This document shows, piece by piece, positions 25,964-37,028 of a stretch of 64,000 nt of DNA; the stretch's first letter is position 1, and the number at the start of each line of letters is the position of its first letter. Source of the stretch: Leptogorgia sarmentosa (taxonomy: Eukaryota); the NCBI GenBank assembly GCA_964658305.1, contig OZ210885.1, forward strand, positions 248,001-312,000, read 5' to 3'. Both the position numbers and the translations under genes were made by a program. The notes beneath the pieces are model-generated. The model was given only the letters and a program-made list of their open reading frames with translations. It had not been told where the DNA came from and searched no databases.

Positions 25964-27263
25964 CAGCGGATTGCATCACCCTTTCACATGCATAGTCGCG
26001 GGTTGTACGCAAAGTGGTAAGACAGTGTGGGTAAAATCTCTTCTGGAAAATGCCCAGAAAACAATAAGCCCTCCTCCAGAACGTATTGTCTGGTGTTATG
26101 GTCAATGGCAACCCATGTATGTAGAGATGATAAATACGTTACCTGGTATTGAATTTTACGAAGGTATACCTTCTGAAATCGATTCTCAGCACTTTTTTGA
26201 TGTTAACAAACGTAACCTAATTGTCCTTGATGACCTTATGGCCCAATCAGGAAGAGACAGGCGCATAACAGACTTATTTACCAAGGGTAGCCATCACAAA
26301 AATTTATCGGTTATCTACATTGTCCAGAATATATTTCATCAAGGAAGAGAAACAAGAGACATCAGTCTCAATACGCATTATATAATTCTCTTCAAGTCAC
26401 CTCGCGATAAGCAGCAAATATCAATGTTGGCTAGACAAATTAGACCTGGTCGTGTTCAAGAATTTATGAACACCTATGAAGAAGCTACAAGTCGTCCCCA
26501 TGGATATCTCATGCTAGATCTGAAACCGGCTACCCACGACGATCATCGATTGAAAACAAATGTATTCCCGAGGGCTGATGGTGGCATACAGCAACAACTT
26601 AGTGACTATATCAGAAAGGAAACTTATCGACAACCCCCTATGCTAAGCGCTATGTATAACACAGAACAAGAAATGGAAAATATCTTGAGCTCACCGTCGA
26701 TGACTCCCGATGAAAAAAGTGCAATTTATGCCAACGAATATCATAGATTTCAGACATTTCAAAGCCAATTGCAAAATAAGTTTCAGAATCGTCTTGAAAA
26801 AAAGTTGACAAAATACTTGAAGCAATTCACTAAGAATATTAAAAAGGTTTCGAAGAAACAACGTTCTTATCAACGGTACAGCCATGCTGATGATGCTGAC
26901 ATAGAGGATAGTGAGTCAGGTGAGAGTAATCAACCACACAGACAATACTCATGGCACAGAAATGACTCTGATGCCGAGGACGATGACTCAGACGTTACAG
27001 TACAACCTGCTGGCGAAAGCGAAGAGTTGGTTTCTGATTCAGATGAAGAAAGCGAGAGACATTCACCCATGTCTCATTATTTAACACCGCCGCCAACAGT
27101 CAAGCGTCGGATACACTGGTACACTGGTGACACAGATAATGAGGATAATAGTGCAGATCACACAAATAGCGAGGATAATAGCTCAGTTCACACGGATATC
27201 GAGGATAATAGCCCAGATTTCTCAGCAAAGTTTATAAACGAAAAATACATAGATACAGTCTAA
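25938..27263 (+). CDS. Polinton/Maverick-type packaging ATPase (right arm), open 441 aa ORF without the zinc finger and with a frameshifted C-terminus
   Basis: HPFTCIVAGCTQSGKT...PPPERIVWCYGQWQ...LIVLDDLM...FTKGSHHKNLSVIYIVQN...ISLNTHYIILFKSPRD...PHGYLMLDL. A 142-bp deletion relative to the left arm (24135-24276) lies near 27225. Confidence 0.85.
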   Translation: MISNDIPMISGLHHPFTCIVAGCTQSGKTVWVKSLLENAQKTISPPPERIVWCYGQWQPMYVEMINTLPGIEFYEGIPSEIDSQHFFDVNKRNLIVLDDLMAQSGRDRRITDLFTKGSHHKNLSVIYIVQNIFHQGRETRDISLNTHYIILFKSPRDKQQISMLARQIRPGRVQEFMNTYEEATSRPHGYLMLDLKPATHDDHRLKTNVFPRADGGIQQQLSDYIRKETYRQPPMLSAMYNTEQEMENILSSPSMTPDEKSAIYANEYHRFQTFQSQLQNKFQNRLEKKLTKYLKQFTKNIKKVSKKQRSYQRYSHADDADIEDSESGESNQPHRQYSWHRNDSDAEDDDSDVTVQPAGESEELVSDSDEESERHSPMSHYLTPPPTVKRRIHWYTGDTDNEDNSADHTNSEDNSSVHTDIEDNSPDFSAKFINEKYIDTV

Positions 27264-29439
27264 GAAATAGACCATACTAACATGTGTGAAAAATCTTTTT
27301 AAATAGATCAATAAAATTTGTACTTAATATTTTGTGGTGTGATAGTATCAATTCATCTAGCATTCATTACAAGACACGTATCCCGATACGTATCCGATTA
27401 ATCCGACGCTGTTCAAACAATCAGAACACGTATCCGAATTGTAAAGACGCTGTTCGACCAATCACAACACGATCAGACACGTATCCCGATACGTATCCGA
27501 ATTGTAAAATTCAACCAATCAGAACACGATATTCTAATGAGTTCATGGCCTCAATACGCATGCGCACCCCTGCGCACCCCTGCGCAGCCTCACGCGCCGT
27601 GCACCACCCTACACCACCCTGCACCACCCTGCACCACCCTGCACCACCCTAAAAAAAAGGCTCGATCGGCCTATATAATACTACTATAGAACTTATTAAG
27701 CACTGTTCTGTTCAGACACTATACCTACAAAGGTATCGAATTTCACACCTTGACAACATAAATCGCACAGTGACGCACACGTCAAATTAATGCACAATCA
27801 GTAACAATCGCACCTATACTCGTAGTTTATTGGTCAGAACAATTCACTAAGGTTTCAGATTACACTCGCACTCTGAACACATCTACACGTTTATAATGTT
27901 TTATGATTGTATATAGTTGAACGAGCTCGCGTAATGAGAGCTACTATATGTAATTAAGAATATATGTTAGAAACTATTGTGTGATCGTCCGTCATTGCTC
28001 AGAACGTAATCTATTGAAAGAACCTCCGCTTACTGCTCTCGATTGTTGTTGAGACGCAAACACACAACGCAAGAATACAAACGTATACGAACAAGAGACA
28101 ATCGAGACAGTAGGTACGGAAGTTCATACCTGGAATTCCAAACAAACTTTAAGGCAAATGTTACAAAAGTCTCTTTAAAAGTTATTGTCTATCAAAACAA
28201 GTTATCGCCTTATAAGGATGTCATAAATTGATTTTAAATCACGAGATGTTTCGAACACAATAGATATTGCGTAAAATCAAGGTGTTGTCACAAATGCAAT
28301 ATACACAATATATACGCATATATACTATGCCTACATCAATTCGCTACAGTACCTTCAATAATTACCTATTCCTCACCATTCATTAATTCTGGTAAGTATA
28401 GTTGTATTATTGATCGACCATTGTACAAATTATGCAAGAGGTACGAACTCGCACTAATCTTTGCTGTCTTTAAAGCTAAACCGATCGAAATATCGACTCT
28501 ACAGTTTCCGGACGATCCACACTTGAAAGATCCACCACCATTAACTTCGGTAAGTCTAATTTTATATATCGCTCATTATTGGAATTTCTACCAGTTGATG
28601 TAAACACACATACTTGCGACTGGTAGTTAGCTCTGCATTAGAGCAATGAATTGAAGGCCGAAACATGCGATTCGGACTCTCTTTTCGACTCTTACGTCTA
28701 GGAAATCCACCAATAATCTCTGTAGATTTCATAGTTTTATTAACAGGTAGAGCAGCACTGGTCAAATGAAAAACTGGTATTTGAAAACGTCTCGAAACTG
28801 TTATTTCTTTATCAAATCAAGTTCAAGTGCGTACTTTAGACATAAAAGTAAAGTAGTGACCAAAGACGGATTTTAGAAACATTGTATTTTGCTAATCTAT
28901 TGTAACTGGACCATGTTCCACAAATGAAAAACTGGTGATATAAAAACGTCTCAAAACTCTTCTTTCAAATTCAAGTGCGTACTTAGAACTGGATAGCGAT
29001 ACTTGGAATTGCAAACAAATGCAAAATACCTCAAGATATATCAGATTATAAATGTAAGATAAACGAGGAAGTCTAAACAATTATTTTGTGACCATCCAAC
29101 CATCACGGGGCCCAATAGATGCAAATGTCGTGATAGACACAAACGCCACAGCAGATTCAATTAGATAATCCCATTTTAGGGAGGTTTTATTAACACTATT
29201 CTACGAGAATAAGCCACAGAGAAACTCTCTTAAAAATGTATGATCTTTCGCTATGTAATTGTGTCGAAGTAGGCAATTGAAATTGATAGTTAGAATTGCA
29301 AACAATTGCAAATATGCCAACATATATATTGGACTGTCACAGCGTGATGATTTGAAATGAACTGTCAATCAAAACCAGTTATCTGAGACTGATGTTTGAA
29401 CACCAGATATTTTGAGCACAATAGATACTGCGTAAAGTC

Positions 29440-30355
29440 GGGACTAGCTAATAGTCGTGGGTCGAGTGTCGGGAGTAAAAGGTCGTGGGTCGGGGGTGAA
29501 AGGTCGTGGGTCGTAGGTAAAAAGTCGTGGGTTACGAATGAAGGTCGTGGGTTGTATTTTTTTAGGTTTTTTAACATTTTAAAAGTGAAAAACGTGTAAT
29601 TATAACAGTCGTTAACTATGCAACACGGACAAAATAACTTCATAAAATAACGATGTATTGAGAAAAAAATATTCTTTTATGAAAATCTAACCCTTTAAAT
29701 TTATTATAAGTTCTGTTGTTATAATGTATTATAGTTCACACTAATTTAATTTCTCATGATCACACACGATTTGATCATGTAATCGTCAACCCTACTACTA
29801 GTCGTAGAATACGTTTATGCTCTTCATTCAAGAACGGAACCAAATCTTGCGGTACTCTTACCATTCCAGGAATGAAAAACTGATGCCGTACAGTTACGCA
29901 GTTTGGATTTAAATGGAAATATACATTTGATACGTGCTGATTTTGTTTCATTGTGTTACTAGTAGTATCGTAGTACGAACGTTCATCTCCGCTGACTATA
30001 ACTAAGTCCTCTGGTGATTCGGGCGTTATCCCGCCAGGTTTGAGCTCCCCACCACATCCATAACAGACTCTCACTGAAGGATGTTGATGCTGGATCAAGC
30101 CGATCACGAAAGTCCCAAACGGAGGCACTTGTCTGGCGGGCGCTGGATTCGCAAAAGGTTGACGTTGATTTGCGGATGTATTGCGAGATTGTTGTGGTAG
30201 CTGAATGACAGTGTGAATTGTCATTTTGACAAATCCGACTATTATAATTACACGTTTTTCACTTTTAAAATGTTAAAAAACCTAAAAAAATACAACCCAC
30301 GACCTTTATTCGTAACCCACGACTTTTTACCTACGACCCACGACCTTTCACCCAC
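29440..30355. mobile_element. Unclassified TIR DNA element (unit 2 copy, most complete internal ORF fragment)
   Basis: Same element as 3754-4596; the minus ORF 29775-30224 has CYGC...YFHLNPNC. Confidence 0.7.
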
Positions 30356-31229
30356 AAGTCAAGGTGTTGTCACAAATGCAATATACACTTGACGCTGCCT
30401 ACATCAATTCGCTACAATACCTTCAATAATTACCTATTCCTGAAGGGTGGCCATTTAAATTCTGTGTACGCATAAAGGATAAGATCTCACAATCAATCTC
30501 AGCAGATTTGGGAGCGGACAGGACATAAGTAGGGCAATAAACTAGATTACTGAAGGTTGACAGTTTAAATTATGTGTACTTATAAAAGATATGACCTCAT
30601 AATCAATGTCTCTAGACTTGATAACTTTGCAGATAAAAAGTAGGCAGAATTCGGAATAAGTTCAATTAAAACGTGGATCAGCGAAAAGGACCGGATGAGA
30701 AATTTAATTTCCCCCAAACTCCGTCGCCAATAGCTTGACAGGCAATGCAGTGGACTGCATGCCCTCTTAATGTTGAGACATTGGCTTGAGAGCCAAACAG
30801 ATAAAAGCAAAGTAGATCAGACGATCCAGCATCAGTTTTTGAAAATTGTATTCTGCTAACATAACATAACATAACTTGTACTGTTATAATAAGTATAACT
30901 GTATATTGTACGTTATTTTCAACTGCCTTATTACCATGTTCCGTCCTTCTATCAGCTTGAAATTCTTTCCGACAACATTTGACATTGCTATCTACTATCT
31001 ACACTGGCCAAATATCAAAATTTGTTTGAGCTTCTCATTGTATTCGCTGTCTCTAAAAACATGGCGTTGATTGGTATATTATCCATTCCATTGGTATTAT
31101 TTAAAATATTATAAACTCATAACCCATTGTCGTTGCTATAGCTATTATCAGAAGTATTGTACGTCAAATCAGATCAAATCATATCCTTCCTCTCTTCTTT
31201 TCTCTCAGAACCATAAAAAGTGACCAGTG

Positions 31230-34200
31230 ATGAAGTACAAGATTACTGTGGAAACTGGTACACTACGCAGCGCTGGCACAGATGCGTCTGTTTCAATCAA
31301 ACTCACTGGTACATTTCATTTTTTATTATTCTATTTTGTTCTTACCATAACTCAGAAACTTGACGAAAAAGTGAGAATGTAAACGGTAATTGTAACCAGA
31401 GGAAAACACTCTCAGTAATGATTTCGATTTAGACAAAAAAAGAAACTTAACGTTGCGAGAGTTAGCGAGAATTCTGTATTTGGGGCATCTACTGGCTGCA
31501 GGAAGCAAGTAGTTTCAGTCGCTCCCTTAGTGGGTTATAGTTACTTGAGTTAATAAAGATTTTTTCCATGCAGTAGCATGTAGCAGCTTAGAGATATAAT
31601 GGTGCGATAGTGAGTACAGTTATATGGGTTTTAAAGTACGGATAATAAATATCGCAGTGGTCGAAAGTATATTTTGTCTTTTTCTTGAGTCGTCATATTT
31701 CCAGTTACATATGTGCCCTACTGCCCTTCTTCCTTCGACAGGTAACACTGGAGCTGAGACAAAGAAATTCTCGCTCGACAAGTTTTTTCACAACGACCTC
31801 GAACGAAGTGACACGGACACTTATGACGTAAGTGGTGATGACGTTGGAGATGTTGTAATGATTACCTTGAATAATAATGGAATGGGCCTTAAAAGTGATT
31901 GGTATATTGCTAAAGTCATTGTGGAGAAGGTTACGGAAGCTGGAGATGAAAAGTTTGAGTTTCCTTGCTATCGCTGGGTTATCGATCATTTGGTAGTCTT
32001 TGAAGGCAAAGGTACAACACTAAGATGTGTTTTTTCTTCAGCCTGTGACATTATGAAGCTCGTAAAATTCTGTTGAATTTTATTTCGGCATTTCAAAGTT
32101 TTTTTGAGTGAAATACTTTTTCTTAAAAATTTTGCCAGGAAGCGTCCGGGACAATATCGTTTACAATTAAAGTTTTTGGTTTCTTTTTGGTCCCGGTTCC
32201 TGTTTTTTGACGATCTAAATTTCTCCTTTCACTGTAGCATTGTTGCCCAATTCTAAAGACAGTTGCAAAGTCATTGCTGAGCAACGAAAAAATGAAGTGA
32301 ATGAAAACAGGAGACTATACAAGTGGGGCAGCGATCCAAGATATACTCAAGATCTTCCAGGATTCGTAGAAGCCGAACATCCGGAGTCTTTACCAAAAGA
32401 CGTGAAGTTTACTGACGAGGCCACGTTATCCCTATTCCGAGTAGGTTTGGTAGGTTTTAAAAATCTTGGCTTGAGTCATATTTTTGATGTCTGGGATTCA
32501 TGGGATTGCTTGGAAGATTTCCGACAACTCATCACTCCAGTTATTCCTGGCGGTCTCCCTCACGCTGCTAAGTACTGGCGAGATGACGTGTGGTTTGGAT
32601 CACAATTCCTTAACGGCTCCAATCCTGAAGTGATCAGAAAATGTAAAAAGCTTCCGAATAATTTCCCCGTGAAGAATGAAATGGTAGACAAGTTGTTAGA
32701 CCGTGGATATAATCTGGAAAAAGCAATGAAGGTATGCTTGCCATTTTGTGGTTTTGTTTCGCTTTCAGTAGGAGGAGTTGTAAAAAGATCAACCCTGTCC
32801 TCCTTGGCCCATAGCATTTTTGACATTCAGTTCTTCAATCATTTCCTTCAAAAAGTCAGCATTGGTTTGGCATTTCAGTGTTATATTTGTTGCACTGAGT
32901 TTTAAAAAGGGCCATTTTTCAACTAAACACTGTTTTGAGGTCATTTTCCAGCCTTCAAATACATTTTATTTTACTAAGCTGAAGAGAAGTTGATTGTTTA
33001 ATCGGTGATAGTACTTAAAGTTGCAGGGAAAATATTAAAGTGTTCTGAAACCCATTTTTGCTCAAATGAAAGTTCTATTTTACAAAATATAATTTATTAT
33101 TAATAGAATGGCTTCATCTTCCTCGTTGACTACAAAATCCTTGAAGGAGTGGCAACTATGGACAAACCAAAGGACAAGCGTTACATCACACCAGCGATGG
33201 GGCTTTTTTACCTGAAAAAAAACGACGATATAGTGCCAATTGCCATTCAACTAGGTCAGCAGCCTGGCCCCAACACCCCTATATGGACGCCTCAACAAGA
33301 CGCAGATTGGGACTGGATTATGGCAAAACTTTGGCTTCGTTGCGCTGACACACAATGTCATCAGGTACATGTGGTTGAGGAAATATCCTCAACGAATTTC
33401 GTCACAATTCGTTTGTGTAATTACTCGATTTCCTGGTTCTGTATTTTCTACAATTTTAGAGCAAATGCCCCAAATATCCGTCATTTAACATTGAGTTTAA
33501 ATTTCTAAATCTCCACTTTCAGAATAATCACCTTGGACATGTAAATAATACTAATAACATTTCCGTTGCAGATGATTACTCATCTTCTTCGTTGTCATTT
33601 AATGATGGAACCACCTGCAGTGGCCTCTTGGCGCAATCTTTCATCTGTTCATCCAGTCTGGAAGCTTTTATATCCGCACACCAAAGGAATTATGGCGATC
33701 AACACTCTTGGCCGCATCGATTTGATTCCAGAGGGTGGTGTGGCTGACAAAGTTCTCAGTATCGGTGGTGGAGGCCAAGTCACCATAATGCAGAAGCACT
33801 ACAGAAGTGTGACATTTGATAGTTATGATTTGATCAAAGATCTCACTGATCGTGGTGTCAAAGATCTGCGAAAATTCCATTACAAAAATGATGCTGTGCT
33901 TCTCTGGGGTGCCATCCATCAGTTTGTGAAAGATATCATTCACATTTACTACAAAAACGACACTAATGTTCAAAAGGTAAATGATTGCATGATCATATGC
34001 TCTGTTATTTAGTCGCAGGGACGTGAGAATGGGGCGCCAAGAGGGCCAAGGCCCCCCAACTTTTATACATCACTCAAAAAGTGCCATTTTTCTTTAGGTA
34101 AAGTTTCCTTTTTGTGTATACGTGTCAATGTCATGTGACGTTAATTGTTTGTGGCAGTAATTTGATTCGCTAGAATACAAATCGTGCGGACAAATCGCAA

Positions 34201-35499
34201 CGTGTGTAAAAGTACCTTTAAATCTCAATGTATAGAGCATGATATATCTAAATCATATTCCCACATACGTGTAGCTGTACTGTACCATGCGTATCAAGCA
34301 GCAGTCCAGTCCAAAACTTTGTCGTTTACCGGCTCTCTTTTTCACCTGGTCCATTGGTTTCAGCCCATTTTATCTCATGTTGTTTAGGATAATGAGATTC
34401 AAGACTGGATTCGTGATCTCCATGATAACGGCTACAAAGCTGGAAGCGACAATGTGGATAAAAAAGTGCCGCAGTCGTTCAAGAAACGTGACGAACTCAT
34501 CCATTTTCTCACCATCGTCATCTTCACCTGTTCTTGCCAACATGCTGCTGTGAACTTCTCTCAGTTAGCTACATATGGTTTCCATCCCAATGCTCCGACC
34601 TTGATGAGACAACCACCGCCTACCAAAAGAGGACAAGTGGATCTCACTACCGTTATGTCTACTCTGGCAAATAAACATCAAGCTGGTCAGGTGGTCAGCA
34701 TTGTGAATGCCTTAACTACGATTTATCCAACTGAGGTAAATAAATTAAAAATAATTTAGTTCATCATTGAGTCACTAAGAGTTCTGGGATCGGTAATATT
34801 GCTTTTTCACAACGAAGAAGCAGGCTTGTGAGAACATCAAGTACACAGTCAAAAATGATCAGCCTGTCGCAAGTGAATGTGATTGGCACAAGATGCCGTC
34901 AGTGTTTGTCGCCAGCCAATCAAGTTGCTTTCTTCCAGCTTTGTTCGTGCGAACAAATTCGCCTGGTGGAAAAAAACAGGCGTGAAGATAAAACGAACCA
35001 AAGCCTTCATAAGTCTTCGTATCCTACGTGCCCCACCGCCTCTGGGAAAATTTTTATCTCCCTTAAAAATCCACCTAACTTAAAATTAAAACTACTTTAA
35101 CAAAACACGTTGATTGCAAAATTACTGTAATCATAATTACTTCACTTTTCACAACAAAGCTAATCCAAAACGAAAAAGTCATAACGTACCATGTACTATA
35201 AGATGAAGATGAAATGTTCAAGCTGTTCCAAGTTTCTTCTAAAGTTTACGGGATTGGGTTAGAGTTATTTTTCTTCGCACCTCCAAATTTACACAATTAA
35301 TAATAGTCTTTGATTTTAGAAATTTCTCGGTGATTATGCTGACAATTTATTTGGTGATGCTTCAGCACAAGCTGCTATGGCGAAATTCAAGGCTGAGCTT
35401 GAAGTGATAACAGAGAAAATCAACAAAAGAAATGAAGGAATGGCCGCTCCTTATGCATGGCTTCTGCCTGGTCGTGTACCAAACAGTATCGCCATTTAA
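31230..35499 (+). CDS. 11R-LOX: 11R-LOX-like lipoxygenase, copy 2, intact reading frame, 677 aa
   Basis: Exons 31230-31308, 31742-32011, 32238-32731, 33107-33364, 33572-33976, 34388-34735 and 35320-35499 have the same lengths as copy 1. All iron ligands and PNSIAI are retained. Confidence 0.95.
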
Positions 35500-37028
35500 T
35501 TTCTTTCCTAATAACTGCAAATTTGCCATCTTATATTGGCTAATAAGTTCATTGACATTTTTGACTGTGATTTCTTTTAATATAACATTTCTAATATGTT
35601 CTACACACGATGTATTTCTTCTCGAGAAATGTAGTTTTGTACTCGACTGCTTAATTCAATGTCAGTAATAAAGATATGACCACTCGTACTCGTCACATCG
35701 TACCGCCGACTTTGCTTATGTTCATTTTTCCTGTTGTATCTAGGCAAAATTCATTTTCTCACATATTTTGGATGTAAATGATTCAAATCAAGGATCAGGA
35801 GAAAAGCTAAGGTTTCGTCCATATCTTAGGCCGGTGGCGTTGGTACAAATTTTGAAATAAAAAGTAATCGCACATCAGTTTTGTACCTTGATCTGTTACT
35901 GTAACGCCGAATGCGAAAACTACCCAGGATTTGAAAAACTTTGGCTGAAATGAGTAACATCCGTAAATCGCTTGTGATGACGTAAGCTCCCTTTTGTTCG
36001 ATTATACGCATGCGCATCATCGGAGTCTTAAATTCCCCCGTTTCTGTTTTTTCCATGTCAGAAGTACGCACACTGGTCAATGTGACACCGCTGGCATTGG
36101 CGGCATCACCACGTCGTTTAAACTTATTTTCCAGCGAAATATCTCATCAAAACACAAATTTTTAACCAACATGTAAGATTGGAGAAAATTCGTAAGATTG
36201 GTGAAAATATTTTAAAACGACAATTTTGAGAGATGTCGCGAGGGAGCGAAGTGAGTGAATCTGCTTCAACCGGAATTGACAATAGCAAAAAAGATATGGC
36301 GGCATGTACATTTAACCAGAATACATATTGCTAAAAAAACAAGAACCATAGCTAATGGACAGAAATTTCAACACTAGTAGGAAAATAAATTTATGTCTTA
36401 TAAATTAAAAAAATAAATAAATCTGTTTTTTTAAACGATTTCAGATCGCAATGCATTCTCGTAAAATGTGCATGGTCAATTACGAGGTTTTCGTTGTGTC
36501 TCCAGCTAAATATCTAATGTCGATCTACTGCATGACACACTTTTAAAATGCATAGCAAACGGATAAGCGAGCAGGAAGTTCTGCATGCTAAAATTTATTA
36601 TTTTACACGGCCTTCAGGGCCGTAATCGCGAAGGTTTGGTGCGATAAATTCCGTATATGAGGCCGAAGATTGTAAATTTCTAGTAGGGACCATGGGTAGG
36701 GACATGATACGAAATTTCCGAAATAAAATATCCAAGAGTTCTAGTCTTATTTGACACCAGGCACTCGTTGCAAGTTTAGGTTTTTCGACATTAAGACGAC
36801 CAGACAGCGAACGACTGAATAAGACAATCAATCATTGCGTCCACTATCAATCATATTTCACTGACCAAAAAGAGTGGGAGTAGCACCCCTCCACACACAC
36901 CCCACTTGGTATGCCCTGATTTAATCGGGCACCACTGAGAAAAATAATGGAATTTTACGATTATATTTTATTAATGAAGCGTTTTGATCATCACAACATA
37001 ACCAGCTCAGAAATATAAAGAGGATATT

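Larger units (their letters stand above)
23695..27685. mobile_element. Non-autonomous Polinton/Maverick derivative, near-complete palindrome (3991 bp)
   Basis: Termini AGTAGTATTATATAGGCCGATCGAGCC and GGCTCGATCGGCCTATATAATACTACT. 6-bp TSD ATAGAA at 23689-23694 and 27686-27691; the 5' LTR shows the empty site. Inverted arms are 23695-25544 and 25961-27685, and each encodes a Maverick-type packaging ATPase. Confidence 0.9.
17632..28109 (+). mobile_element. BEL/Pao LTR retrotransposon, full length, with a nested insertion in its 3' LTR
   Basis: TG...CA LTRs and a 5-bp TSD GTAGG (17627-17631 and 28110-28114); the empty site CTAAGTAGGTACGG is at ~2417 and ~41730. Gag-pol order is Gag, PR, RT, RH, IN. 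Confidence 0.97.
23651..28109 (+). repeat. 3' LTR, split into 23651-23694 and 27692-28109 by the Polinton-derived insertion
   Basis: Preceded by the purine-rich GGAGGA. Rejoined length is 462 bp; by eye it differs from the 5' LTR by about 3 substitutions and one 2-bp indel. Confidence 0.95.

Noticed and set aside
25720..26111. Repetitive ORFs (DIIRYHW, MISNDIP, ISFDIIG) and a CRISPR-like appearance
   Set aside because: These are translations of a minisatellite. There are no unique spacers or cas genes, and the context is eukaryotic.
23695..27685. Palindrome as a sequencing fold-back artefact
   Set aside because: It is flanked by an exact 6-bp TSD inside an LTR whose empty site is present, and the arms carry different indels and substitutions. 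Read-level confirmation is still advisable.
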